From an uncultured Armatimonadetes bacterium (GTDB taxonomy: Bacteria > Armatimonadota > Hebobacteria > Hebobacterales > Hebobacteraceae): a stretch of DNA of 64,000 nt. The notes under the pieces were generated by a model. That model did no database searches. It was not told where the DNA came from and worked only from the letters and a program-made list of their open reading frames with translations. The stretch lies in contig OY970296.1 in NCBI GenBank assembly GCA_963716175.1, forward strand, positions 3,872,001-3,936,000, in the 5' to 3' direction. A program made the translations under genes and the position numbers. Shown piece after piece: positions 30,612 through 39,920 of the stretch. Positions within the stretch are counted from its first letter, which is position 1. The number at the start of each line of letters is the position of its first letter.

Positions 30612-33600
30612 GAGCCAAGATGAAAAGCGCGGCCGATGTACACTGCCATCTGGTCGCGGGTGACCTGGTCACCGGGCCGGTAGGTGTGGTCGGAGTAGCC
30701 CTGCACGATGGCGCGGGCGGGATCGGCGCAGTATTCGATGTACCGATAGGACCAGTAGCTGGCGGTGACATCGCTGAAAGTCGCGCCGCCCGACGGCTCC
30801 GGCACCTGGGCGTCGCCGCCGGCCACGGCGCGCGCGATGTAGACGGCCATGGTGCCCCGGTCCACCGCCAGGCCAGGCTGGTAGCTGCCATCCTCGAATC
30901 CCTGGACCACACCCTCTGCGAAGCAGTACTCGATGTACTGGAAGGCCCAGGAACCGACGGGGACATCGGTGAAGGTCGCGCTGCTAGGAGGTGCCGGCAC
31001 CTGAGCGTCTCCGCCGGCCAGGGCGCGGGCGATGTAAGCGGCCATCTGATCGCGGGTGACGGTGACAGTAGGCTGGTAGCTGCCATCCGGGTAGCCGGCG
31101 ACCACCTGGTGCGCGGCAGCGGCCTCGATCCAGGCCCAGGCCCAGTTGTCATTGGCGACATCAGTGAAAGTGCGCACTCCCACAGAGGCCTTGCTCAGCA
31201 TCTCCTGGGTCACCACGTTGTAGACGTCGCCGATCCGATACCTGGAGTAGGCCACCCGGTTGCCGGAGATATCGGGAATGCCATCCCAGGCGTTGCTTGC
31301 GCCAATGGGCACGGCCACCCCGGTGTCGAGGTCTCCCCAGAAGACAGCAGACGGGCCGGAGCGCAAGTCGGCCCACACCACTTCGCGGCCATCTATGCGC
31401 AGCCAGCCGCGACGAGTCGGGGGATCAGTGACCACCGCGGTCTCCACCCTGGTGGTCAGGTCCATGGCGTAGATGTCAACCGTCGACCCGGTGCCGTCAT
31501 CCCGGCGCAGATCCAGCCAGACCACGGTGTTGCCGGAGATGTCCGGGTAATAGTGGGCCCAGTTGTCGTCGGTGAGTTGGATCTCCGCCGGGTCCGGGTT
31601 GGGGCGGACCCCGGCCTCCTCCTTCCAGTTGGGCGTCCCGTTGCCGTCGCTATCCAGGGACAGGTCATAGGCGTAGATGTTGGGCGTGCCACTGCGCCAG
31701 TCCTCCCACACCACCCAGTGGCCCGAGATGCGGGGGTTGAGTTGAGACCCCGACGCGGTGCAGAGCGCATAGTTGGGAACCGTATTATTGGACCCCAACG
31801 GGTCGGTGAGGTCGGCGATGAAAATATCGGAGTTCTGGGAGGCAGCGCTCAGCACCGCGCGCTCGGGGTCGTTGCGATAGTCCTCCCATACCACCAGGGT
31901 GCCGTCCACCGCCGGCACCCAGCCCTCGAACGGAACAGTCGGGTCGTAGGTGACGCGCACTGGCGGAACTGCCGGAGTGGCGAAGCTGTAGGCGACGATC
32001 TGGAAATACCAGAAGCCGACACTGGGGTCGGGGTCCGGAAGGTCGTCCGTCATCCAGGTCACCCAGGGACCCGAGATGTCGGGATACCACTGGTAGGAGA
32101 AGTCTATGTACTGGTAGGGGGCGAGCGGGATGCCTGAGGGGTTCGTCGGGAGTGGGATGTTGTCTGGCAGCAACACGTACTGCCGCGAGGTCAGGTCGGT
32201 GACGGAGATCGAGGGCAGGCGCAGCTGGCTGCTTCCGTTCTGACCCCGGTAGTCCTCACACGCCACCGCGTTGCCGTTGATCGCGGGGAAGTCTTGCCCA
32301 TAGGTGACGTCATCTGCTACCAGCGTCTCCGTGGCCCCCGTTGCCACTTCACCGAACAGGTGCGCGCCTTGAGCCATCTGCCAGTGGCACGGATACCAGT
32401 CTGGTTGTGTGGGAGCGGTGATGCTGAAGCTGAAGGTCACACTGTCGCCCGGGTTCACCGTGCTTCCCGCCGGCATCGGCACTTGCGTCACCCCCCAGCG
32501 GGAGGTGCCCTGGGGCGAGATGGCTTCGAGGCTGAACCCATCGGCCGCGGTCCAGGGAACCGGACCGACATTCTCCATGGTTACGCTGACCTCGGCGGAC
32601 TCGCCTTTGAGCAGGAAGGCCGGGATGGTGTTGGCCACTGCCTCAGCGCCCGAGCCCACGGCAAGGGAGGCTCCGGCGAGGCCGTTATTGGTCTCGTCCG
32701 TCTCGGCCACGAGGTAGTCGCTATCCACATAAGCACCCAGGAAGTAGGTCCCCGACGGCATGGGTGGGACGGTGGCGGAGACGGAGGAGTTGGTGTAGAC
32801 CTGGCCGGCAGCGAGGGCCGGGATCGAGACGGTGGCCGCCACATAGTCCTGGGGAGAGGCGAGGCTGTTGGCCGAGAGCACCACCAGGGCGGTGCAAGTA
32901 CCGGCGGGCGCGCTGCCCTGGTTCTGGACGGAGAGCGAGACGCTGATAGCATCGCCCTGGTAGGGGTGAGTGGCGGCAGTTGAAATGCCACCGGCCGCGA
33001 TCACCAGATCGGGGAGACCGTTGGGCGGGTTCATCGCCCGGACCAGGTCCACCCGCGGAGTGGCAACATCGCTCTCTGGGTCAACAATCTGCACCCCGGT
33101 CTGACGCAGCCGGGCGCGGATGAGGCCGGGGTCAACGGGCGCGGTGGGGTCAGAGGTCAGCATATTCACGACGCAGGCCGCGGCCCCTGAGACATGGGGG
33201 GCGGCGGAGGAGGTTCCCGCCAGACTGATGAAACCAGACGGGTCGCCCAGCTGGGGCGTGAGTGTGCCTTGGCTGGCTCGGGCGCTGGTGATCCAGGCGC
33301 CAGGTGCGTAGAGGTCGAGCAGCTCGCCCCGATCGGAGAAGCACAGGATGGAGTCCGTCTGCGGGTCCACGTCCTGGCACGTCCCCCAGTTCTGAGTGGC
33401 GGTGAAGCTGCGATCGTAAGTGGCTCCGACAGAGACCACGGAGCTGAGGCAGGCCGGAAAGCCGATCCCATCCAGGTAGCCATCATTGCCGGAGGCCGCG
33501 ACCAGCAGCATGCCCTGGGTCACTACATCCTGATAGAACGCGGCCTCGGGTAGCGCGTCGCATTCCTCCCGGCTGGTGTAGAGCTGGCTGCTGGCATCGC

Positions 33601-34387
33601 TCAGGCTGAGATTGATGACTTTGATGTTGTAGGCGCTCTGATCCTGGATCGCCTGGTCGAGGGCTTTCAGGACATCGGAGCCCAAACCCGATCCGCTCTT
33701 GTCCAGAACCTTGTACGCGATCAGCGTGGCGGCGGGGGCGATGCCGCGGTAGGTGCTATTCATCCCGGCCGCGACGCCGGCGACATGGGTGCCGTGGCCG
33801 TTGTCATCCATGGGATTAGCGTCGTCGTTCACATAGTCATAGCCACTTACCACCTTGGCCGAGGGGAACTTGGTGGTAGCAGTGCCGCCGAAGTCGGCGT
33901 GAGTGTAGTCTATCCCGGTATCGAGGATGGCGATAGAGACCCCGTGCCCATCGAAGCCGGAGGCCTGAGCCTGGGGCTGGCCGATCAGCGGCCCGCTCTG
34001 GCTGAGCGCGGCCTGCATCACGCGGTCGGGATAGACCTCCTCCACCAATGGTGAGGCCGCCAACTGCTCGAGGGCGGCCTCGTCCACCGTGCCGGCGAGG
34101 AAGGGCTCGGTGACATAGCTGCGGCGGATCTTGAACTTGGGGGCGGCCGCCCTGACGCGCCCGGCCAGATCCTGGATGGCGGGAACACGCTGGCGCCAGT
34201 CCTGGGCGTGGATCTGGGGCAGCTTGCTGTCCCAGAGGGAAACAATGACCCTCGCCTCTCCCTGCTGCCGGAGCTGATCCCGAACGCGACCGTGCACATA
34301 CGCCTGGGGAGTGGCCCAGGCCGACTGCTGCGCGGCTGCGGCGAACAGCACCGCCAAGCCGCACAGCACAACCAGACTTCTTCTCAT
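30608..34387 (-). CDS. Secreted S8 subtilase with CARDB/Ig-like, beta-propeller and three SLH domains
   Basis: ILDTGID, NGHGTHVAG, SGN, AGTSSAAPHV; PDLVI...ETDETNN; P.ISG..VVW.D.R repeats; SLH triplet. Confidence 0.9.
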   Translation of the reverse strand: MRRSLVVLCGLAVLFAAAAQQSAWATPQAYVHGRVRDQLRQQGEARVIVSLWDSKLPQIHAQDWRQRVPAIQDLAGRVRAAAPKFKIRRSYVTEPFLAGTVDEAALEQLAASPLVEEVYPDRVMQAALSQSGPLIGQPQAQASGFDGHGVSIAILDTGIDYTHADFGGTATTKFPSAKVVSGYDYVNDDANPMDDNGHGTHVAGVAAGMNSTYRGIAPAATLIAYKVLDKSGSGLGSDVLKALDQAIQDQSAYNIKVINLSLSDASSQLYTSREECDALPEAAFYQDVVTQGMLLVAASGNDGYLDGIGFPACLSSVVSVGATYDRSFTATQNWGTCQDVDPQTDSILCFSDRGELLDLYAPGAWITSARASQGTLTPQLGDPSGFISLAGTSSAAPHVSGAAACVVNMLTSDPTAPVDPGLIRARLRQTGVQIVDPESDVATPRVDLVRAMNPPNGLPDLVIAAGGISTAATHPYQGDAISVSLSVQNQGSAPAGTCTALVVLSANSLASPQDYVAATVSIPALAAGQVYTNSSVSATVPPMPSGTYFLGAYVDSDYLVAETDETNNGLAGASLAVGSGAEAVANTIPAFLLKGESAEVSVTMENVGPVPWTAADGFSLEAISPQGTSRWGVTQVPMPAGSTVNPGDSVTFSFSITAPTQPDWYPCHWQMAQGAHLFGEVATGATETLVADDVTYGQDFPAINGNAVACEDYRGQNGSSQLRLPSISVTDLTSRQYVLLPDNIPLPTNPSGIPLAPYQYIDFSYQWYPDISGPWVTWMTDDLPDPDPSVGFWYFQIVAYSFATPAVPPVRVTYDPTVPFEGWVPAVDGTLVVWEDYRNDPERAVLSAASQNSDIFIADLTDPLGSNNTVPNYALCTASGSQLNPRISGHWVVWEDWRSGTPNIYAYDLSLDSDGNGTPNWKEEAGVRPNPDPAEIQLTDDNWAHYYPDISGNTVVWLDLRRDDGTGSTVDIYAMDLTTRVETAVVTDPPTRRGWLRIDGREVVWADLRSGPSAVFWGDLDTGVAVPIGASNAWDGIPDISGNRVAYSRYRIGDVYNVVTQEMLSKASVGVRTFTDVANDNWAWAWIEAAAAHQVVAGYPDGSYQPTVTVTRDQMAAYIARALAGGDAQVPAPPSSATFTDVPVGSWAFQYIEYCFAEGVVQGFEDGSYQPGLAVDRGTMAVYIARAVAGGDAQVPEPSGGATFSDVTASYWSYRYIEYCADPARAIVQGYSDHTYRPGDQVTRDQMAVYIGRAFHLGS

Positions 34388-34706
34388 CTCGATCTCCCCT
34401 GGCGCAATGCCGCTGCGGCGGACTCAGCACGACACCAGAGGCATCTCCGGCCCAGCCAGAGAAAACGGTCGTACTTCTCCGCCCTGCGAGACCGATACCG
34501 AACAGTCATGCCCATGCGGGCCGACTTGTCTGAGTATACCCCGACAACTAACATCTTTCCCTTTAGCGATCTGCTCCCGGTCTCCTGTTGCAGGTATGGT
34601 CTCAAGCAAGTCGAAGCATGGGGCGATTGTCGCGATCTGTGACGGAAGGACAATCCTCACAGCCGCCCAGGCAGACGCACGCAGCAACTGGCGGGGGGAG
34701 GGATAA

Positions 34707-35798
34707 GTGCGGATCTCTGAGCTGGATACGCCGACGCTGCTGGTTGATCTGGACCGACTGGAAGCCAATCTCGACCGGATGGCGCAGCGGGCGCGGACCT
34801 CCGATCTGCAACTGCGGCCCCACACCAAGACGCACAAGGTTCCAGCGATCGCCCGCATGCAATTGGAGCGGGGCGCCGTGGGCATCACCGTAGCGAAAAT
34901 CGGCGAGGCGGAGGTGATGGCCGATGCGGGGGTCGAGGATATCTTCATCGCCAACCAGATTGTAGGAGCGGGGAAGGTCGAGCGCCTGATCGCGCTGGCG
35001 CGGCGGGTGAAGCTGGCGGTGGGCGTGGACAGCGTAGAGGTGGCAGCGCCCCTTTCCATGGCCTTCGCCCAGGAGGGGCTGCGGCTGCCAGTGCTGCTCG
35101 AGGTCGACACCGGGCTGGGGCGGTGCGGTGTCCCTCCCCAGGCCGCGCTGGACCTGGCGCGACACGTCAACACGCTGCCGGGGCTCAGCCTGGCAGGGAT
35201 CTTCACCTACCCTGGGCACGTGTACGCCGCGCGCAACGATAACGAGGTGGCCGGCGTTACCGCCTATGAATGCCGCACCATGGCCGACCTGGCGCGGCGT
35301 ATCGCTCCTATCGCGGGGCTGACGCTCCGGGTCAGTGGGGGGTCAACTCCCACCAGCCGGCACTACACTGCGGAATGCGGCCTGAGCGAGATGCGGCCCG
35401 GCACCTATGTCTTCAACGACCGCATTCAGATTGATCGCTGGTCGGCCCAGCCCGACGAATGCGCGCTCACGGTGCTGGCCACGGTGATCAGCGTGCCGGA
35501 AGCAGGTCGCGCGGTGCTGGACGCCGGCAGCAAGTCGCTATCCCAGGATCGCGCGCACGAGTCGCCCGGATTCGGGATGCTGAAAGAGGATAACGCGGCG
35601 GTGCTGATGAGGCTCAACGAAGAGCACGGCTTCCTCGATCTCTCTCAGGCCGCCATCAAGCTCCGGGTGGGAGACAAGGTGCAGGTGATCCCCAATCACT
35701 GCTGCGTGGTGAGCAATCTCTTTGATGAGATGGCGGCAGTGCGGGCAGGAGACGTGGTGGAGACCTGGCCCATCGCGGGGCGAGGGAAGCTGCGGTGA
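34707..35798 (+). CDS. DSD1 / D-threonine aldolase-like fold-type III PLP enzyme
   Basis: LRPHTKTHK, GRCGV, GSTPT, EMRPGTYVFND, DAGSK, EEHG, PNHCC. Confidence 0.88.
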   Translation: MRISELDTPTLLVDLDRLEANLDRMAQRARTSDLQLRPHTKTHKVPAIARMQLERGAVGITVAKIGEAEVMADAGVEDIFIANQIVGAGKVERLIALARRVKLAVGVDSVEVAAPLSMAFAQEGLRLPVLLEVDTGLGRCGVPPQAALDLARHVNTLPGLSLAGIFTYPGHVYAARNDNEVAGVTAYECRTMADLARRIAPIAGLTLRVSGGSTPTSRHYTAECGLSEMRPGTYVFNDRIQIDRWSAQPDECALTVLATVISVPEAGRAVLDAGSKSLSQDRAHESPGFGMLKEDNAAVLMRLNEEHGFLDLSQAAIKLRVGDKVQVIPNHCCVVSNLFDEMAAVRAGDVVETWPIAGRGKLR

Positions 35799-35918
35799 CG
35801 CGGCGATCCACCGCGGGGACGCAGAGGGCGCGGAGGCTGGAGCACGACGAGGCGGCGACGCCTCCCGCTGCTGCGAAGCGCCCGGCATGGCCGCCTTAGA
35901 GGAACACAGGAGAGGGAG

Positions 35919-36305
35919 ATGGCGGGAAAAGAGATCATCATCTCGGATAGGCTGCCGGCGCCAAAGGGGCCCTATTCCCCGGCGGTGCGAGCGAACGGGT
36001 TCATCTTCGTCTCCGGCCAGGGGCCAGTTGACCCCGGCACTGGCGAAGTGCTGCGCGGCAGCATCGAGCAACAGGCCGAGCTGGTTCTGAACAACATCAG
36101 GACCATCCTCGAGGAGGCGGGGTCGTCGCTGGATCTGGTGGTCAAGACCAACGTCTACCTCGACAAGATCGAGGATTTCGCGGCGATGAACGGGGTCTAC
36201 GCCACCTTCTTCCCCCAGCGTCCTCCAGCTCGCACCACCATCGAGGCCGCCAACCTGCCTCTGGGAATCGGGGTGGAGATAGATGTGATCGCGCTGGCAC
36301 CGTGA
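35919..36305 (+). CDS. ridA: RidA-family imine deaminase
   Basis: GPYS, FVSGQ, F..MN.VY, PPART, LP....VEID. Confidence 0.88.
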   Translation: MAGKEIIISDRLPAPKGPYSPAVRANGFIFVSGQGPVDPGTGEVLRGSIEQQAELVLNNIRTILEEAGSSLDLVVKTNVYLDKIEDFAAMNGVYATFFPQRPPARTTIEAANLPLGIGVEIDVIALAP

Positions 36306-36323
36306 GAGCAGGTAGCTGCGGGA

Positions 36324-39300
36324 TCACCGCGCGCCGTGAGCGCGCAGCAGCTCTGCCGTCGCACTCTCGTGCTTGGCGACGGCCAGGGTGAGAGGACTTT
36401 CCCCGCGCTGGTCGCGAGCATTTGGGTCAGCGCCCGCGGCCAGCAGCAACTCGGCCTGGTCTCGCTTCCCGACCGAGGCCGCCAGGTGCAGCGGTGTCCA
36501 TCCCCGCTTGTCTCTTGCGTTGACCTCCGCTCCGCCCGCGATCAGCAGCTCCACCGCCTGGGACCACCCCAGAAGCACCGCGCCATAGATGGGTGTCCAA
36601 TCGAGCCCTTGTCGAGTCCTGGCGTTCACGTCCGCGCCTCTTGCCAGCAGCAGCCGGACCATCTCCGGCTGATCGAGCAGTGCCGCCCAGTGCAGCGGAG
36701 TACGCCCCTTGCCATCAGGCGCATTGATCTCCGCGCCGCGAGCCAGCAGCAGCTCCGCCAGCCGCGCGCCTCCGGCAGCGGTGGCGCTGTGCAAAGGCGT
36801 CCTCCCCTGAGGATCTTGCGCGTTCACATCTGCTCCGTGCGACAGTAGGGCCTCCGCCACGCCGGTATGACCGGCGTAAGCAGCCTCGTGCAGGGGAGTC
36901 CATTCCAGCCCCGCGGCAGCCCGCACCCCCGCGTCGGCGCCGTGCGCGAGCAGCTCCTCGGTCACCTCCGCATGCCCGGCCAACGCGGCTGCGTGCAGCG
37001 GCGTCCAGCCAAAGCACCGCCCGTTTCTGGCGTTCACCGCCGCGCCCTGCCCCAGCAGGCGCTTGACCACGGCGGTGCGGCCGCGGAGGGCGGCCTGGTA
37101 GAGATCGGTGCTGCCACCCCCGGCCGACAGCGCCAGCAGCCACAGGGCAGCGGCAGCCGCAACCGGCGCCAGGCTCAAGAACGATATGCGCCCACGCCTG
37201 CCGTTCACGGCCCAGTCCGCCTCGGGAGGCGGCCTTCTCCGACGCGGCCCGGCAGAGCGCCCTTCAGGGGCCCCATCGCGCGGAAGGCGCGGCACGATGA
37301 GGACCAAGGAGCCGTACACCAGCGCCGCGGCGAGGAGGCAGCCATTGAAGCCGATGAGCTTCCCTCCCGCGGCGGCGAGCACGCTTCCCACCACAGACAT
37401 GAGGCCGTTGAAACCCCACACCCAGGGCACATCTCCCTGCCTGGCGCCGGACATGAGTCGGAGGCCGCTGGGAAACGGGACGCCCAGCGCGATTCCCAGG
37501 GGTACCAGCAGCACGCCGGTCGCCAGCAGTTTCCCGGGAGTGGACACGTGTAGAAGCGATGACAGCACCGGTGATAGGGCCAGCGTGTAGGCCGCGGCGA
37601 TGGCGCAGACCATGGCGGCCGCTGCCATGGTGCGGCGAGGCAGCATCTCCGCCGGCCAGCGCTGGCTCATCCCGCTCCCCAGGCTGGCGCCGATCAGCAG
37701 CCAGAACAGGATCCCGGCCAGGCTCAGCGTGGGATGCCCCAGGAACAAGATGAACTTCTGGATCAGCGGGATCTCCACCAACATGAAGCCAATGCCCAGA
37801 GCGCCGAAGTAGACCAGCCACGCCTGTGGCCCGCGTTCCCTCTGCGGCCGTCGCCAGAGCAGCGCACCGCTGAAGAGCGCGCCCAGGCCGAAGCTGCCCA
37901 GAAGGAACCAGAGCAGCACCCTCGGGGCGCCGAAGGAACGGTCGAGGAAGAAGGGCCGGTCATCGGTGGCCGGGCGCAGGTCCGAACGCGCGTCACCGTC
38001 TGGCAGGCCGGCCGCGAACACCTCCGGCAGCGTCGCCGCGCCGGAGGCGACCTCTGCCACCAGGCGATGACCGCCCAGGCCGGGGAGGAAGACCATTTCC
38101 GCCAGTCCGGCCTCGATCGCTCGCCGCAGCCGGCCGAGATCATCCGCAGTCAGTGGGGACCGCTTCCAGATCAGGAGGTAGCGGTAGGGTGTCTCGACCT
38201 CCTCGCCCCCGGGGAGAGCGAGAAGGGCGAGATGGCGACACGCCTGCTGAGCATCGGTGCCCTGCTCCTGCATCACCGCGATGGCGGTGAACGCAGCCCG
38301 CAGCAACAGCGGCCCGGACTCGGTCACCAGGGTATAGCGCCCTTGCGGGGCGAGGTGGCGGAAGTAGTCTGAGAACGCCTCCTGGGTGTGGATATACGAC
38401 TCGACCAGAGCCTGCCCGGCGCCGGGCGCGGTCGCAGTCTGAGTCAGCGTGGAGCTGATGAGGTCATATTGCTGGCGGGAGCGGCGCACGAAACTGCGCC
38501 CGTCCTCTATGCTCACCGTAACGCCCGGCCACTGGTAGAGATTCCCGTTGAGGCCCCGGTAGCGGTCCATCATCGCCGCTACGGAGGCGTTGACCTCGAC
38601 GCCCTCCATCTTGCTGAAGCCGGCCAGCAGGCCCCAGAGGAAGTCTCGCCCGGCGCCGGGCCCGATAGAGAGCACGGTGCTGTGAGGGGAGAGGTCGTAC
38701 CCGATGAACGGCAGCTCGCGGCGGAGCTGGGAGAGAGAGCTCGAGTCGCCGTGGAACGGCGTCATCTGGGATGGGGTCCCGCCGTCGGTGTAGAGCTGGA
38801 GACTATAGAGACCGGCCTCGGGCGAGTCGTAGCGGACGAGATCCGTCCTGGCGTAGGCCGACCAGTCCCGATCCAGAGTGGACCCGATCTGACCAGATCC
38901 GGCGGCCTCCTGCACCATCGCCTTCGTCACCGCCGACGGCGCCCCCGCCAAGGGGCGAATCCGGAGATAGTCGGCCCTCACACTCGCGGGCCAGGAGGCC
39001 GCCAGGAAGACCACCGTGGCCACGCTGGCGAAGAACAGACCGTGGTCTCGTCGGGAGAGCGCCCAACAGGCCGCCCCGATGCCAGCCAGTCCGCCCAGGG
39101 GAAAGGCCATGTGGAGCGCGCCGGTCAGCCCCATCAGAGGCACGACGAGAACCGCGGCGAGCGCGGCCCCGAAGAGATCGGCCTGGTAGAGACGGCCGCT
39201 TTCCGAGACCTGCTCGCGGAAAACCTCAGCCAGAAACGCGCCGGCGAAGATGAAGGGCAGAACCGGGATCAGGGCAGCCCAGAGGTGGGCCGCGATAATC

Positions 39301-39653
39301 GCTGAACTGCCGAAAAGCAGGGCGATGCTCCAGGGTATCAGCAGCGCGAAGCCCAGCCCCGCCCAACCCACCTCAGGGCCGGCGGGCAGGCCCACCTCGC
39401 GGCGGACCCGCGCGCTCCGCTGGAGCAGGTGCCAGCCCAAGCCACCCAGCCCCAACCCGCACATGGCGCCGGAAACGGCCACGAAAGCGTAGTGATAGTC
39501 GAACAGGACGGAGTAGACGCGGGTGAGGCTGACCTCAAAGGCCAGCACCACGAAGGACACGAGGAAGACACTTGCCAACACCGACCACCCGCCACACGGC
39601 CGGCGGGCAACCTGGCGCGGGTGGGACCCTTCGCTGCGCTCAGGACGAGCCAT
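36324..39653 (-). CDS. Membrane-embedded spermidine-synthase-like SAM-binding protein continuous with an ankyrin-repeat protein (possibly two genes, second starting at GTG 37208)
   Basis: Multi-TM N- and C-regions; IGPGAGRD, VEVN, EDGRSF, DDRPFF, LG.GFM.VEI; eight TPLH.A..G-type ankyrin repeats. Confidence 0.75.
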   Translation of the reverse strand: MARPERSEGSHPRQVARRPCGGWSVLASVFLVSFVVLAFEVSLTRVYSVLFDYHYAFVAVSGAMCGLGLGGLGWHLLQRSARVRREVGLPAGPEVGWAGLGFALLIPWSIALLFGSSAIIAAHLWAALIPVLPFIFAGAFLAEVFREQVSESGRLYQADLFGAALAAVLVVPLMGLTGALHMAFPLGGLAGIGAACWALSRRDHGLFFASVATVVFLAASWPASVRADYLRIRPLAGAPSAVTKAMVQEAAGSGQIGSTLDRDWSAYARTDLVRYDSPEAGLYSLQLYTDGGTPSQMTPFHGDSSSLSQLRRELPFIGYDLSPHSTVLSIGPGAGRDFLWGLLAGFSKMEGVEVNASVAAMMDRYRGLNGNLYQWPGVTVSIEDGRSFVRRSRQQYDLISSTLTQTATAPGAGQALVESYIHTQEAFSDYFRHLAPQGRYTLVTESGPLLLRAAFTAIAVMQEQGTDAQQACRHLALLALPGGEEVETPYRYLLIWKRSPLTADDLGRLRRAIEAGLAEMVFLPGLGGHRLVAEVASGAATLPEVFAAGLPDGDARSDLRPATDDRPFFLDRSFGAPRVLLWFLLGSFGLGALFSGALLWRRPQRERGPQAWLVYFGALGIGFMLVEIPLIQKFILFLGHPTLSLAGILFWLLIGASLGSGMSQRWPAEMLPRRTMAAAAMVCAIAAAYTLALSPVLSSLLHVSTPGKLLATGVLLVPLGIALGVPFPSGLRLMSGARQGDVPWVWGFNGLMSVVGSVLAAAGGKLIGFNGCLLAAALVYGSLVLIVPRLPRDGAPEGRSAGPRRRRPPPEADWAVNGRRGRISFLSLAPVAAAAALWLLALSAGGGSTDLYQAALRGRTAVVKRLLGQGAAVNARNGRCFGWTPLHAAALAGHAEVTEELLAHGADAGVRAAAGLEWTPLHEAAYAGHTGVAEALLSHGADVNAQDPQGRTPLHSATAAGGARLAELLLARGAEINAPDGKGRTPLHWAALLDQPEMVRLLLARGADVNARTRQGLDWTPIYGAVLLGWSQAVELLIAGGAEVNARDKRGWTPLHLAASVGKRDQAELLLAAGADPNARDQRGESPLTLAVAKHESATAELLRAHGAR

Positions 39654-39920
39654 GGCAACGCCTTGCCCTGCCGGATTGGGCGGCGAGCCCAGTTTATGGG
39701 GCGAGTCGGCCGCTGTCAATGGCGTGCAGCAGGGCGCGTCATCTCAGTTTCGGAAGCAGCGGCCCCAATGCGAGAGCTGTGCCAGCCCCAAGACCCCCTG
39801 ATTGTGGAATAAGTGTCTTACGCGGGAGGCGTCGGTTTGGCCAAGCCGTCGTGCTTGGGCGTATCTGGGCTGGCCGGCAGACGCGCCCCGGGGAAAGCCA
39901 CCACGCGACAACTGCAGCCC

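Noticed and set aside
30346-31161. 271-aa ORF overlapping the S8 gene end
   Set aside because: Only its last part (from 30570) is real, as the N-terminus of the frameshifted histidine phosphatase.
34388-34706. Riboswitch in the long divergent intergenic region
   Set aside because: I could not identify the conserved core of any riboswitch class by eye; an Rfam scan would be needed.
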